Positions 27,392 through 36,100 of a DNA stretch of 64,000 nt are shown here, one piece after another; position 1 is the first letter of the stretch, and every line of letters starts with the position of its first letter. The position numbers and the translations under genes were made by a program. The DNA lies in the IMG/VR virus record IMGVR_UViG_3300017917_003143, positions 124,001-188,000 of that record; one strand, given 5' to 3'. The notes under the pieces were generated by a model. That model made no database searches. It saw nothing but the letters and a program-made list of their open reading frames with translations, and was not told the DNA's origin.

Positions 27392-28896
27392 CTTCTAAAC
27401 AAAGCGACTATGCTGTGTTCCTTCCGGCTATCAGCAGTTTCTATGCTGGCTATATTGGACGAGAGCGCCACGGTGTAGGACTTGATCCAGGCCGATTGCC
27501 ACAAGGCATCGGTGACATGGAAGCCATGAACTGGCTCGACCCACAGAAAGCATTGTTTCCCTATCGCTGGAGCCTGTATTCAGCAGGACACGCTAACTTG
27601 GATCTTACCAAGTTTGATGCCAAAGAGGACATGCTACGCAATCGAGATCCTAACACTGTTATGTTAGCCGACTCCGGCGGATTCCAGATTGCCAAGGGTG
27701 TATGGCCCGGTCGTTGGGCAGACCCCACAGATAAAAAAGCCGAAGCACAACGAGAAAAAGTGCTCAAATGGCAGATGGGCATAGCCACATACGGTATGAC
27801 CATGGATATCCCTACCTGGACATTCCGTGACCCCAAAGCCGCCGAAGCATCAGGTATCCATAGCTACGATGATGCTGTGACAGCGACACAATACAACAAC
27901 GAATATTGGATCAACAACCGTTATGGTGACACCAAGATCCTAAACGTGCTACAGGGCGGTAATCACGCCGAAGCAGATCACTGGTATGACTTGATGAAGC
28001 ACTACTGCGATCCTGCCAAGTATCCAGATCGACATTTCAACGGTTGGGGCATGGGAGGTCAGAACATGTGTGACGTACACTTGGTGCTGAAACGCTTGGT
28101 GACCTTGATCCACGATGGCTTGTTGGAAAAAGGTGTACATGATTGGATGCACTTCTTGGGCACATCAAAGCTGGAGTGGGCATGTTTGCTCACTGATGTA
28201 CAACGTGCCATCCGCAAGTATCATAACTCAAACTTCACTATCTCCTTTGATTGTGCATCGCCATTCTTGGCCACTGCCAACGGACAGATCTACACACAGT
28301 TGAGAACAGAAGATCGAGGCAAATGGTCTTACATGATGAGTCCCACCGCTGATGATAAAAAGTATGCCACCGATTCAAGATCTTTCCGTGATGCTGTGCT
28401 ACAAGATCGGATACATGACATTTTTGAAGACAGTCCAATTTCATCTAGGATGGCTATCAAGGATGTGTGCATATACAAACCGGGCGATCTAAACAAAATC
28501 GGTAAAGAAGGAAAAACCTCTTGGGACTCATTCTCTTATGCTCTAATGATGGGCCATAATGTTTGGCACCATATCCGGGCAGTACAAGAAGCAAATCGGA
28601 GATATGACCAAGGTTTAGTGCCCGGAATGCTTGTACAAGAAACCTTTGATCGTGTATACTTTAGAGACTTAGTAGATACAATCTTCAAACAGCAAGATCG
28701 AGCAAAGAGTTTGAGCATCATTGACAACAATTCTAAATTTTGGGATCAGATCATTGGCACACGTGGGTTCACTGGCAAGAAAACTACCAACGCTCATACC
28801 CAATACAACAACTTGTTCGAAGTCGATGACGAAGAAACCGAAACAGAAGAATTTGACGAATCATTGTTAGATCAACTGGAGAATCAAAATGTATGA
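27367..28896 (+). CDS. dpdA: tRNA-guanine transglycosylase-like protein (DpdA-like)
   Basis: DSGGFQ (27670-27687), MTMD, VLQGG, HFLG, SFDCASP. Confidence 0.85.
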   Translation: MVREQDDLTSKQSDYAVFLPAISSFYAGYIGRERHGVGLDPGRLPQGIGDMEAMNWLDPQKALFPYRWSLYSAGHANLDLTKFDAKEDMLRNRDPNTVMLADSGGFQIAKGVWPGRWADPTDKKAEAQREKVLKWQMGIATYGMTMDIPTWTFRDPKAAEASGIHSYDDAVTATQYNNEYWINNRYGDTKILNVLQGGNHAEADHWYDLMKHYCDPAKYPDRHFNGWGMGGQNMCDVHLVLKRLVTLIHDGLLEKGVHDWMHFLGTSKLEWACLLTDVQRAIRKYHNSNFTISFDCASPFLATANGQIYTQLRTEDRGKWSYMMSPTADDKKYATDSRSFRDAVLQDRIHDIFEDSPISSRMAIKDVCIYKPGDLNKIGKEGKTSWDSFSYALMMGHNVWHHIRAVQEANRRYDQGLVPGMLVQETFDRVYFRDLVDTIFKQQDRAKSLSIIDNNSKFWDQIIGTRGFTGKKTTNAHTQYNNLFEVDDEETETEEFDESLLDQLENQNV

Positions 28897-29074
28897 ATCT
28901 CGCATCAAGCATCTTGAAGAAGCACACCATGCCTTGGACAAACAGATCAAAGGTCTGGAACTCACAGGTGTTTTTGAAGATGAACGCTTGCATGAACTCA
29001 AAAAACTCAAGCTCAAACTAAAAGACGACATCGAATCTTTGCGCCGTAAACAACAAGAAGAAAATGAAAACTGA
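28889..29074 (+). CDS. DUF465/YdcH-like coiled-coil protein
   Basis: LKKLKLKLKDDI. Confidence 0.6.
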   Translation: MYESRIKHLEEAHHALDKQIKGLELTGVFEDERLHELKKLKLKLKDDIESLRRKQQEENEN

Positions 29075-29453
29075 TCTCGATCAACTGCTGTGTGAGAAAT
29101 ATCCTAAAATCTTTGCCGACAGGCACAAGACAATGACAGAAACCTGTATGTGTTGGGGCTTTGAGCACGGAGACGGTTGGTACAACATCATCGATCAACT
29201 ATGCTCCAACATCCAACATCACATTGATTGGAAAGAAAAGCAAGGACATGTTGTACCTCAAGTAGTGGCTGAACAGGTCAAAGAAAAGTTTGGCACACTA
29301 CGATTTTATTATCGTGGCGGCGATGATGCTATTGACGGTATGGTGCGTATGGCCGAATCCATGAGTGGTGTGACTTGTGAAGAGTGCGGAGCACCAGGCA
29401 CCACAGGCGGTCAAGGTTGGATCTCAACTCTTTGTGAAACTCATAGGAAATAA
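29064..29453 (+). CDS. conserved phage protein with CxxC
   Basis: QVKEKFGTLRFYY...CEECG. Confidence 0.7.
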   Translation: MKTDLDQLLCEKYPKIFADRHKTMTETCMCWGFEHGDGWYNIIDQLCSNIQHHIDWKEKQGHVVPQVVAEQVKEKFGTLRFYYRGGDDAIDGMVRMAESMSGVTCEECGAPGTTGGQGWISTLCETHRK

Positions 29454-29454
29454 C

Positions 29455-29970
29455 ATGGATAGACCCGGACACGAAACTGTTAAGTTTTTTATTGGTACTG
29501 AAGTAGAGCATACTCCAGCGTTTGGTCTTAAAACCTTGTTCGTGGTGGGTGTACATGATCACGACACTATCATGGACATAGCATTAGCCAATGATTGCAC
29601 ACATATCTATTTTGGTGCCAACCAGAGTTTTCCTCGACTGCCAGTTAATGATGCCGAAGGGTGGCGTCAGTGGGAAACCATGATCGATCAATGCTTGGAC
29701 GGAGGATTCTTGTGTACCTTGGATCTTGATGTATCCTGTGCCGAAGGCTTGCTGGAATCATTCCTGGTTGAAAAAAATAACTTTATTCCCATGCTGTCGG
29801 TCAAGCTCCCTTATATCCGGCAGTTCAATTACAATGCCACACTGAAGATCGATGACCGTGATTTCCAAGCTACCAATCCTGGAGTCTGGTGCCACAGTCT
29901 ACAAGATTTACAAAAAAGGTCAGTATTCACTGACTGGTCTAAATACACCCAAGACAAGGTAATAGAATAA
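29455..29970 (+). CDS. hypothetical protein in dpdA cluster
   Basis: ATG 29455 right after upstream stop. Confidence 0.7.
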   Translation: MDRPGHETVKFFIGTEVEHTPAFGLKTLFVVGVHDHDTIMDIALANDCTHIYFGANQSFPRLPVNDAEGWRQWETMIDQCLDGGFLCTLDLDVSCAEGLLESFLVEKNNFIPMLSVKLPYIRQFNYNATLKIDDRDFQATNPGVWCHSLQDLQKRSVFTDWSKYTQDKVIE

Positions 29971-30488
29971 TGGCACAACTATATCGTATCACACCGCTGG
30001 AAAAAAAGTCAATGGAATATTTCGTTGACGTGTTTGAGCGTCGAGAGGACGGTAGCATCCGTGGATTCCAAGTCACCGAAACCTGGCGTTGGGGTCAAGC
30101 GTTCCGTGAACTCGACGATCCTGTGTATGAAACAGAAATGGACCGTGTGCATTGCCGACCTGAAATTGGTTGGGGGTGCGAGCTTGACGATCTCTGTGCT
30201 GTCTGGGTAGAGTTCGACGAAGATGAGTTTACCGAAGAAGAAATGGACGAAATCCGCAGTATCCTGAATTGGGAGTCTGAAGACGAAGATGGACGTTGTG
30301 GCACTGCTTGGTTATACGATGGCGATCACAATTGGGAAATCGAAGATGATCATGTTGCTGTTTTGGGCCCAGTAAAGATTGACCTTATCGACGAAGATTC
30401 GTATAATGAGATTATTGAAGAAAATGTAAAACCTACCAAACTGGAACCATCCACTGGATGGCCGTTTAAGCCCAAGGAATCAGAATGA
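29970..30488 (+). CDS. acidic hypothetical protein
   Basis: 172 aa coupled ORF. Confidence 0.7.
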   Translation: MAQLYRITPLEKKSMEYFVDVFERREDGSIRGFQVTETWRWGQAFRELDDPVYETEMDRVHCRPEIGWGCELDDLCAVWVEFDEDEFTEEEMDEIRSILNWESEDEDGRCGTAWLYDGDHNWEIEDDHVAVLGPVKIDLIDEDSYNEIIEENVKPTKLEPSTGWPFKPKESE

Positions 30489-30934
30489 ATCAAGAACAAA
30501 GAGCCACAGTAGACCGTATCATAGAATCAGCAGATCGCAAGATCTGGGTCACATTCCGTAGAGAAGGCATCCATAAATATCCTGCGGCGCTGACGGATCC
30601 TGCGCTGGCCACAGGAGATGAATATGATGTATCGTTTTTGGGTTATCCTCATCGCCACATCTTTCATTTCAGGGTGTGGATCGATGTGTTCCACAATGAT
30701 CGGGACATCGAGTTCATCCAGTTCAAACGATGGATCGAGTCGCTGTATAATGGTCAAGGTTCCGTTTTAAGCCTTGATTACAAGTCTTGCGAAATGATCG
30801 CAGACGATCTGTATCTACAAATAGCCGGTCGTTATCCAGGCCGTGCTGTGTGGATTGAAGTAGCCGAAGATGGTGAGAACGGCTGCCTCATTAAGTATGA
30901 AACTCACCGTCCCTATAATTCAATCGTTATCTAA
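30485..30934 (+). CDS. QueD-like T-fold protein, DpdL-like (putative CDG decarboxylase)
   Basis: LGYPHRHIF = LxxxHRHxF (30638-30664); SCEMIA; EDGENG. Confidence 0.7.
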   Translation: MNQEQRATVDRIIESADRKIWVTFRREGIHKYPAALTDPALATGDEYDVSFLGYPHRHIFHFRVWIDVFHNDRDIEFIQFKRWIESLYNGQGSVLSLDYKSCEMIADDLYLQIAGRYPGRAVWIEVAEDGENGCLIKYETHRPYNSIVI

Positions 30935-30945
30935 AGGAAATCATC

Positions 30946-31215
30946 ATGGGCCGAACCTTGTTCAAACCCAATCCTCGCAGTCGTCAGGTCTGGGAAGACC
31001 TCGATCGTTATCTCAACTTTTGTGTGGACTATGGCTATCGCTATGATCCAGCAGATCTCTATAACAACCGGAGTTATCCATTCCAGCAGTTCCGTAAATT
31101 AGAAGCTGGCAAGGATCCTAAAGACATGTGGACTGAAGACAGCCGCAGATTTGCAGGCTATCGTCCAGATTTCAAGCGTGACGATCGCCGCCCTCGTGGA
31201 GATCGCCGTGCGTAA
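30946..31215 (+). CDS. hypothetical protein
   Basis: 89 aa, SD AAGGA. Confidence 0.7.
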   Translation: MGRTLFKPNPRSRQVWEDLDRYLNFCVDYGYRYDPADLYNNRSYPFQQFRKLEAGKDPKDMWTEDSRRFAGYRPDFKRDDRRPRGDRRA

Positions 31216-32401
31216 ACTATACTACATGGGCCTTGAGTCATACGAGGCTCGTTATACACTACAACTCACAGAATGGAATCGACGTGTTTTTGACCGCCGT
31301 GGCCTAGATGTTGTGTATGTGCCTGGATCAACTATTGACAATACCAAGAGTATTTCAGTAGGTCAGGTTTTAGACGCACACGGTCGCAGTTATTTTGGCA
31401 TGAGCCAGATGATGAATCTTGTACAGATGATGCGAAATGGAGAGGTCACAAATGAAGATGTCATTTATTTCGAAGATATGTTCCAGCCCGGTATCGAGAG
31501 CTTACCTTACATTATGGATCAGATCCCTGCAAATGATCGCCCTCGCATTTACGTTCGCTGTCTTGCTCAATCCATTGATCCTGATGATTTCGTACATGTA
31601 TGGGGTATGGCGAAATGGATGGGACTCTACGAACAAATGGTTAACGAGTTTGTTACAGGAGTTCTCGCCACAAACGAAGAGATGGTTGCTCATATGCGGA
31701 TTGCTGGATGGACTGCTCCTATATACAATATTAGTGGTCTAGCATTTGGCAAAGATGAAGTTCTCAGTCGAGTACAACTTCCTACTCCTTTTGAACAAAG
31801 ACCCAAGCGTGTGGGTTTTGCCGCGAGATTCGATCAAGAAAAGCAACCAGGATTCTTCATGGACTTGGTAGAAGAATATCAAAAGGTCTACCCAGATGTA
31901 CAGTTTGCTATCTATCAGGGCGGACCATTGCGTTCGAACAATCCTGAATACATCGATCGCGCTCGTCGATTAGAGTCCGAAGGTAAACTTTTGATTTTTG
32001 AAAATCTAAGCAAGAACGAATACTACCATCATCTGGCACACAACACTCGAGTGTTGTTTAACTGTGCCTTGCAAGACTGGGTTTCAAACACTGTCAGCGA
32101 AGCAGATACCTTGGGCTGTAATGTGCTGTATCCTGCTTATCGTAGTTTCCCAGAAACCTTTGCCAATGATCCTGATCGTTTGTATATTCCTTGGAGCGAA
32201 GACGATGCCTTCAACAAGTTGACAAATCTCTTGCGCACTCCACATCACAACATGGGATTGATTTCTGAATGGAACAATCGAACCATCGATCGTATCGTAG
32301 ATATCATCGAAGGCAATGGTGAACAATGGAATCGTAGCGGTAATCGTTACAGAGATCACGTTCCATACGCCAAATACCCAGTGGTCAAGATTGAAGAATG
32401 A
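31208..32401 (+). CDS. GT-B fold glycosyltransferase
   Basis: ARFDQEKQP; SEADTLGCNVLYP; likely GTG start 31208. Confidence 0.75.
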   Translation: MRKLYYMGLESYEARYTLQLTEWNRRVFDRRGLDVVYVPGSTIDNTKSISVGQVLDAHGRSYFGMSQMMNLVQMMRNGEVTNEDVIYFEDMFQPGIESLPYIMDQIPANDRPRIYVRCLAQSIDPDDFVHVWGMAKWMGLYEQMVNEFVTGVLATNEEMVAHMRIAGWTAPIYNISGLAFGKDEVLSRVQLPTPFEQRPKRVGFAARFDQEKQPGFFMDLVEEYQKVYPDVQFAIYQGGPLRSNNPEYIDRARRLESEGKLLIFENLSKNEYYHHLAHNTRVLFNCALQDWVSNTVSEADTLGCNVLYPAYRSFPETFANDPDRLYIPWSEDDAFNKLTNLLRTPHHNMGLISEWNNRTIDRIVDIIEGNGEQWNRSGNRYRDHVPYAKYPVVKIEE

Positions 32402-33351
32402 GTAGAATAATTGTAACAGGCGCAGGTGGATACATCGGAGGCCAGACAGTATTGAAACTGTTAGATCAAGGTCATAGTGTATATGCAGTTGATCAAACAC
32501 TTCCGCCACCTCATCTAATGGACGTCGGATGCAAATGGCTCACAGGTGACTTTGCCGGAGAAGTATTTTTAAGCTCTATCAAAAGTTTCAATCCAGAAGC
32601 CATCATCCATTGCGCCGGGACCAGTCTAGTAGGCCCTAGTGTAACCAATCCAATGTTGTACTATGACAATAACTTTGTCAAAACTAAAACAATGTTGGAT
32701 TACTTGATCCAAAACAAACTCACTGACATTCGTGTGATTTTTAGTTCTTCAGCGGCTACATATGGAGAACCGATAATGACTCCGTGCCAAGAAGAAGATC
32801 CAGCATTGCCGATCAGTCCTTATGGTGAAAGCAAACTCATGATCGAAATGATGATGAAAGCCTACGCCAATGCTTACGACTTGGATTTTGTTGCCTTCCG
32901 TTACTTCAATGCTTGCGGTGCTGATAGCCAAGCTCGTCATGGGCAAGCACCAGGTGCCACGCATATCATTGCTCGGGTACTTGAAAGTATTAGAGACGGC
33001 AAAGATTTTACTTTGTATGGCGATAACTATCCCACTCCTGATGGAACATGTATAAGAGATTACATACACGTGGAAGACATCGCTAATGCACACATCATGG
33101 CGATAAACTCGTCCGTTCCTGCAGGTGTTTATAACCTTGGCACGAATCAAGGCGCCAGCAATCGAGAAATCATTGCCATGTCTGAAAAAGTAACAGGACA
33201 ACAGGTTGATCTTGCAGTGGGTCCTATCCGTGCTGGAGATCCTGCTGTGCTCACTGCGTCAGCTGAACGATTTAACTCTATCAGTGGGTGGGCACCACAG
33301 TTTAATCTCGAAGACATGGTCCGACATGCCTGGACTTGGTATGTTCGATAA
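32398..33351 (+). CDS. galE: UDP-glucose 4-epimerase
   Basis: TGAGGYIG, SSSAATYG, YGESK, FRYFNACG, RDYIHVED. Confidence 0.92.
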   Translation: MSRIIVTGAGGYIGGQTVLKLLDQGHSVYAVDQTLPPPHLMDVGCKWLTGDFAGEVFLSSIKSFNPEAIIHCAGTSLVGPSVTNPMLYYDNNFVKTKTMLDYLIQNKLTDIRVIFSSSAATYGEPIMTPCQEEDPALPISPYGESKLMIEMMMKAYANAYDLDFVAFRYFNACGADSQARHGQAPGATHIIARVLESIRDGKDFTLYGDNYPTPDGTCIRDYIHVEDIANAHIMAINSSVPAGVYNLGTNQGASNREIIAMSEKVTGQQVDLAVGPIRAGDPAVLTASAERFNSISGWAPQFNLEDMVRHAWTWYVR

Positions 33352-33919
33352 GATACTAAAGTTTGAAAATGAGTTGGCAGAGTACACAGGTGCTCCCTAT
33401 GCCATCATGACTGACTGCTGTACACATGCCATCGAACTGTGTTTGCGGCATGACAAGATCAGAGAATGCCAGTTCACTGCTTATACATATCTTTCAATAC
33501 CCATGCTCATGCACAAGTTGGGCATAGAGTATCAATTGATAGATCAGACTTGGACTGGCGAATATCATTTTATCAATACCAGAGTCTGGGATAGTGCTCG
33601 CAGATTAGAAAGAGGAATGTATCGCCCTGGATCCATGCAGTGCTTGAGCTTTGGTTACGGAAAACCCCTGGAGATTGGCCGTGGCGGAGCGATATTGTTG
33701 GATGATCAACGAGCTTACGAAATCATGATAAAGCAACGCTATGATGGGCGAGACTTGTCTATCATGCCCTGGCAAGATCAGCGAGAATTCAGTGTTGGAT
33801 ATCATTACAAACCCACCATCGAAGAAGCCGTGCGAGGTTCAGAATTATTGCCTCTGGTCAATGAGGAACCTAAATATGTACAGTACCCAGACTGTAGAAA
33901 TTTTATAATTAAGGATTAA
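33341..33919 (+). CDS. short DegT/DnrJ-type PLP aminotransferase
   Basis: CTHAIEL, DSA, SFGYGKPLEIGRGGAI; 192 aa only. Confidence 0.7.
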   Translation: MFDKILKFENELAEYTGAPYAIMTDCCTHAIELCLRHDKIRECQFTAYTYLSIPMLMHKLGIEYQLIDQTWTGEYHFINTRVWDSARRLERGMYRPGSMQCLSFGYGKPLEIGRGGAILLDDQRAYEIMIKQRYDGRDLSIMPWQDQREFSVGYHYKPTIEEAVRGSELLPLVNEEPKYVQYPDCRNFIIKD

Positions 33920-33921
33920 AA

Positions 33922-34464
33922 ATGTTTAACGCGGTTCATCTCGATTTTGATTTTAAACCCCTGCTCGATGCTGACTATTCAGTACACATGGGCAGTTGTA
34001 TCAAGCACCAGGTCTACGAACTAACTGATATACACGAAAAGTATGGCGGTTTTCCTGACAGCTATAATATACACAATACCAAGATACACCAACTATGGTG
34101 GGACAAGACACAGGTGGATTACGACGAGCTTGGCCGACAGCTGGGCATGGAAGTGATCACAGTGTCAACCATCAAGCAACCACCAGGGTGCGTGGTTCCG
34201 TTCCATAGAGATACCTTTTTCCAGATCGGCAAACAATACCCAGATCGTACTGAAACCAAAGTCCGAGCCAACATCTATATGGAAGACTATCGCATGGGAC
34301 AGTTTATACAGTACGAGCTCAATGGTAAATTTGAAACCAGTACCAATTGGAAAGCTGGCGATGGATTCATATGGGGTAGTGATGTACTACATGTGAGTTC
34401 AAACGCTGGATTTCAGGACAAGTACACCATGCAGGTTTCTGGATTTCTATTGACAACGGCCTAA
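33922..34464 (+). CDS. 2OG-Fe(II)/cupin-type hydroxylase-like protein
   Basis: VPFHRD...LHVSSN; paralog of 12736..13293. Confidence 0.6.
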   Translation: MFNAVHLDFDFKPLLDADYSVHMGSCIKHQVYELTDIHEKYGGFPDSYNIHNTKIHQLWWDKTQVDYDELGRQLGMEVITVSTIKQPPGCVVPFHRDTFFQIGKQYPDRTETKVRANIYMEDYRMGQFIQYELNGKFETSTNWKAGDGFIWGSDVLHVSSNAGFQDKYTMQVSGFLLTTA

Positions 34465-34478
34465 ATAAACTTTACAAT
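34450..34478 (+). promoter_or_regulatory. folE promoter TTGACA-17-TACAAT with TAAATA in spacer
   Basis: direct reading. Confidence 0.65.
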
Positions 34479-34521
34479 AGCAACAAGACTGGTCATCCTC
34501 GACCCTAACTCGGAGAAAAAA

Positions 34522-35355
34522 TTGACAACATTTACATCAGAAGATCTAGAAAATTCTAAAAAATTAGTAGCAGAAGCACCATACCATCCCGGCTATGAAG
34601 ATGCAGTGATAGACAATGTCCTTGTCGGAGCAGAGCAACAAGGCGATGACGACAAAAATTATCAAGAAGCCTATCTCGGTGATGCTATCCGTTTCAAGAT
34701 GAAGCGTGATCGCAAACGTTTCTGGGCAGGAGACAACATCAGCGACTATGTCAGCGAAGAAGATAAAAAAATCTTGATCGACGAAGCCGCAGAGGCGTTT
34801 GAACTGGTTCTTGATCGTTTGCTGATCGATCGTGAAAACGACCCCAACTCCAAAGGCACAGCACGACGCTTGGCCAAGATGTACTTCAATGAAATAATGG
34901 CAGGACGTTATGACCCAGCACCCAGTGCCACAGCATTTCCAAATGATTCGGAGGACCGTTACGAAGGTATGTTGGTTGTCCGTAGTGAGCTTCGCAGTAT
35001 GTGTAGCCATCATCACCAGCCCGTTAGTGGTGTTGCTTATATTGGTATTATTGCCGCTCATAAACTTATCGGTCTATCAAAGTACACACGCATCGCACAG
35101 TGGTGTGCCCGACGTGGTACTCTCCAGGAGGAACTTGCTAATGATATTTGCAGGGAAATCAGCAAAGCAACCGACAGTCAAAACGTAGGGGTGTATATCC
35201 AAGCAATACATGGTTGCTGTGAGAATCGTGGTATCATGGCACACTCAAGTCTTACACAGACCACTGTGCTCACAGGAGTATTCAAAACAGATCCTGCTGT
35301 GAAAAAAGAGTTCATGGATAATATCAAACTGCAACAAGAGTTTGCACCACGATGA
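34522..35355 (+). CDS. folE: GTP cyclohydrolase I
   Basis: SMCSHHHQP, GLSK, QEEL, HGCCENRG; TTG start with GGAG. Confidence 0.93.
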   Translation: MTTFTSEDLENSKKLVAEAPYHPGYEDAVIDNVLVGAEQQGDDDKNYQEAYLGDAIRFKMKRDRKRFWAGDNISDYVSEEDKKILIDEAAEAFELVLDRLLIDRENDPNSKGTARRLAKMYFNEIMAGRYDPAPSATAFPNDSEDRYEGMLVVRSELRSMCSHHHQPVSGVAYIGIIAAHKLIGLSKYTRIAQWCARRGTLQEELANDICREISKATDSQNVGVYIQAIHGCCENRGIMAHSSLTQTTVLTGVFKTDPAVKKEFMDNIKLQQEFAPR

Positions 35356-36026
35356 CATATTGTCTGAGTCCAATGACCACAAAAGAAATTAGCACCCTGG
35401 TTGGTGCTAATTTTGTTTCTACTTTCCAAACAGAGATGGATGCTGTGTTGGCACCACTGAGAAAATATATTGCGTTGGGCCGACCGTTGAGCTTAGGCAA
35501 AGAACTTTGGGAATACGCAGTAAGCGATAGTATACCCGGTGCTGTTTGGAATGGTGCAGGACACAGTCTCATCGATGTTAAAATTGGATCAGACATTGGC
35601 ATCGACGTTAAAAGTGTGAGCAAACAAGAAAAGTCAAAATTGACCACTGAAGCCAGCATATTCCAAAATTTTAATCAAGATGCCAAGACACATTTTTCTA
35701 ACAAGAATACCCAAGGTGTTTGGGACATACATGTCCAGGGGTGGCTTGATAAAATATCCACGATCAAAAAATACTATATGCTAGGCATTATTCGAGACAA
35801 AGCCACATTGGATTGTTGTCTCTGTGGATTTAAAGTAGTCAGTACTTCTGCCATTTTGTCTGAGTGTCAGCATAGATACACAGGGGCTACTATCAAGTTC
35901 CATGATTTGGTAGATCCAGATTTTGCCGATGTACACTACTACAACAGCAAAAGCCGGTTGGAAATCAAATTTAAAAAACGGTGCTGGTCCGATCCAAATT
36001 ATCATCTCCCAATTTACCAATTTTGA
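35352..36026 (+). CDS. putative PD-(D/E)XK restriction-like endonuclease
   Basis: ELWE...IDVKIGSDIGIDVKS. Confidence 0.45.
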   Translation: MTYCLSPMTTKEISTLVGANFVSTFQTEMDAVLAPLRKYIALGRPLSLGKELWEYAVSDSIPGAVWNGAGHSLIDVKIGSDIGIDVKSVSKQEKSKLTTEASIFQNFNQDAKTHFSNKNTQGVWDIHVQGWLDKISTIKKYYMLGIIRDKATLDCCLCGFKVVSTSAILSECQHRYTGATIKFHDLVDPDFADVHYYNSKSRLEIKFKKRCWSDPNYHLPIYQF

Positions 36027-36042
36027 TTTGGACAGTTAGAAT

Positions 36043-36071
36043 TTGACTTATAATCGGTTTTCACGTATTAT
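36043..36071 (+). promoter_or_regulatory. sigma70 promoter TTGACT-17-TATTAT for subtilase
   Basis: intergenic, optimal spacing. Confidence 0.6.
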
Positions 36072-36100
36072 ATTAAAAGTCATATCGTCTTGGAGAAACT

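Noticed and set aside
33341-33919. Short DegT as a pseudogene
   Set aside because: It has a clean start overlapping galE, retains the PLP Lys, and the next gene follows immediately; treated as a compact variant.
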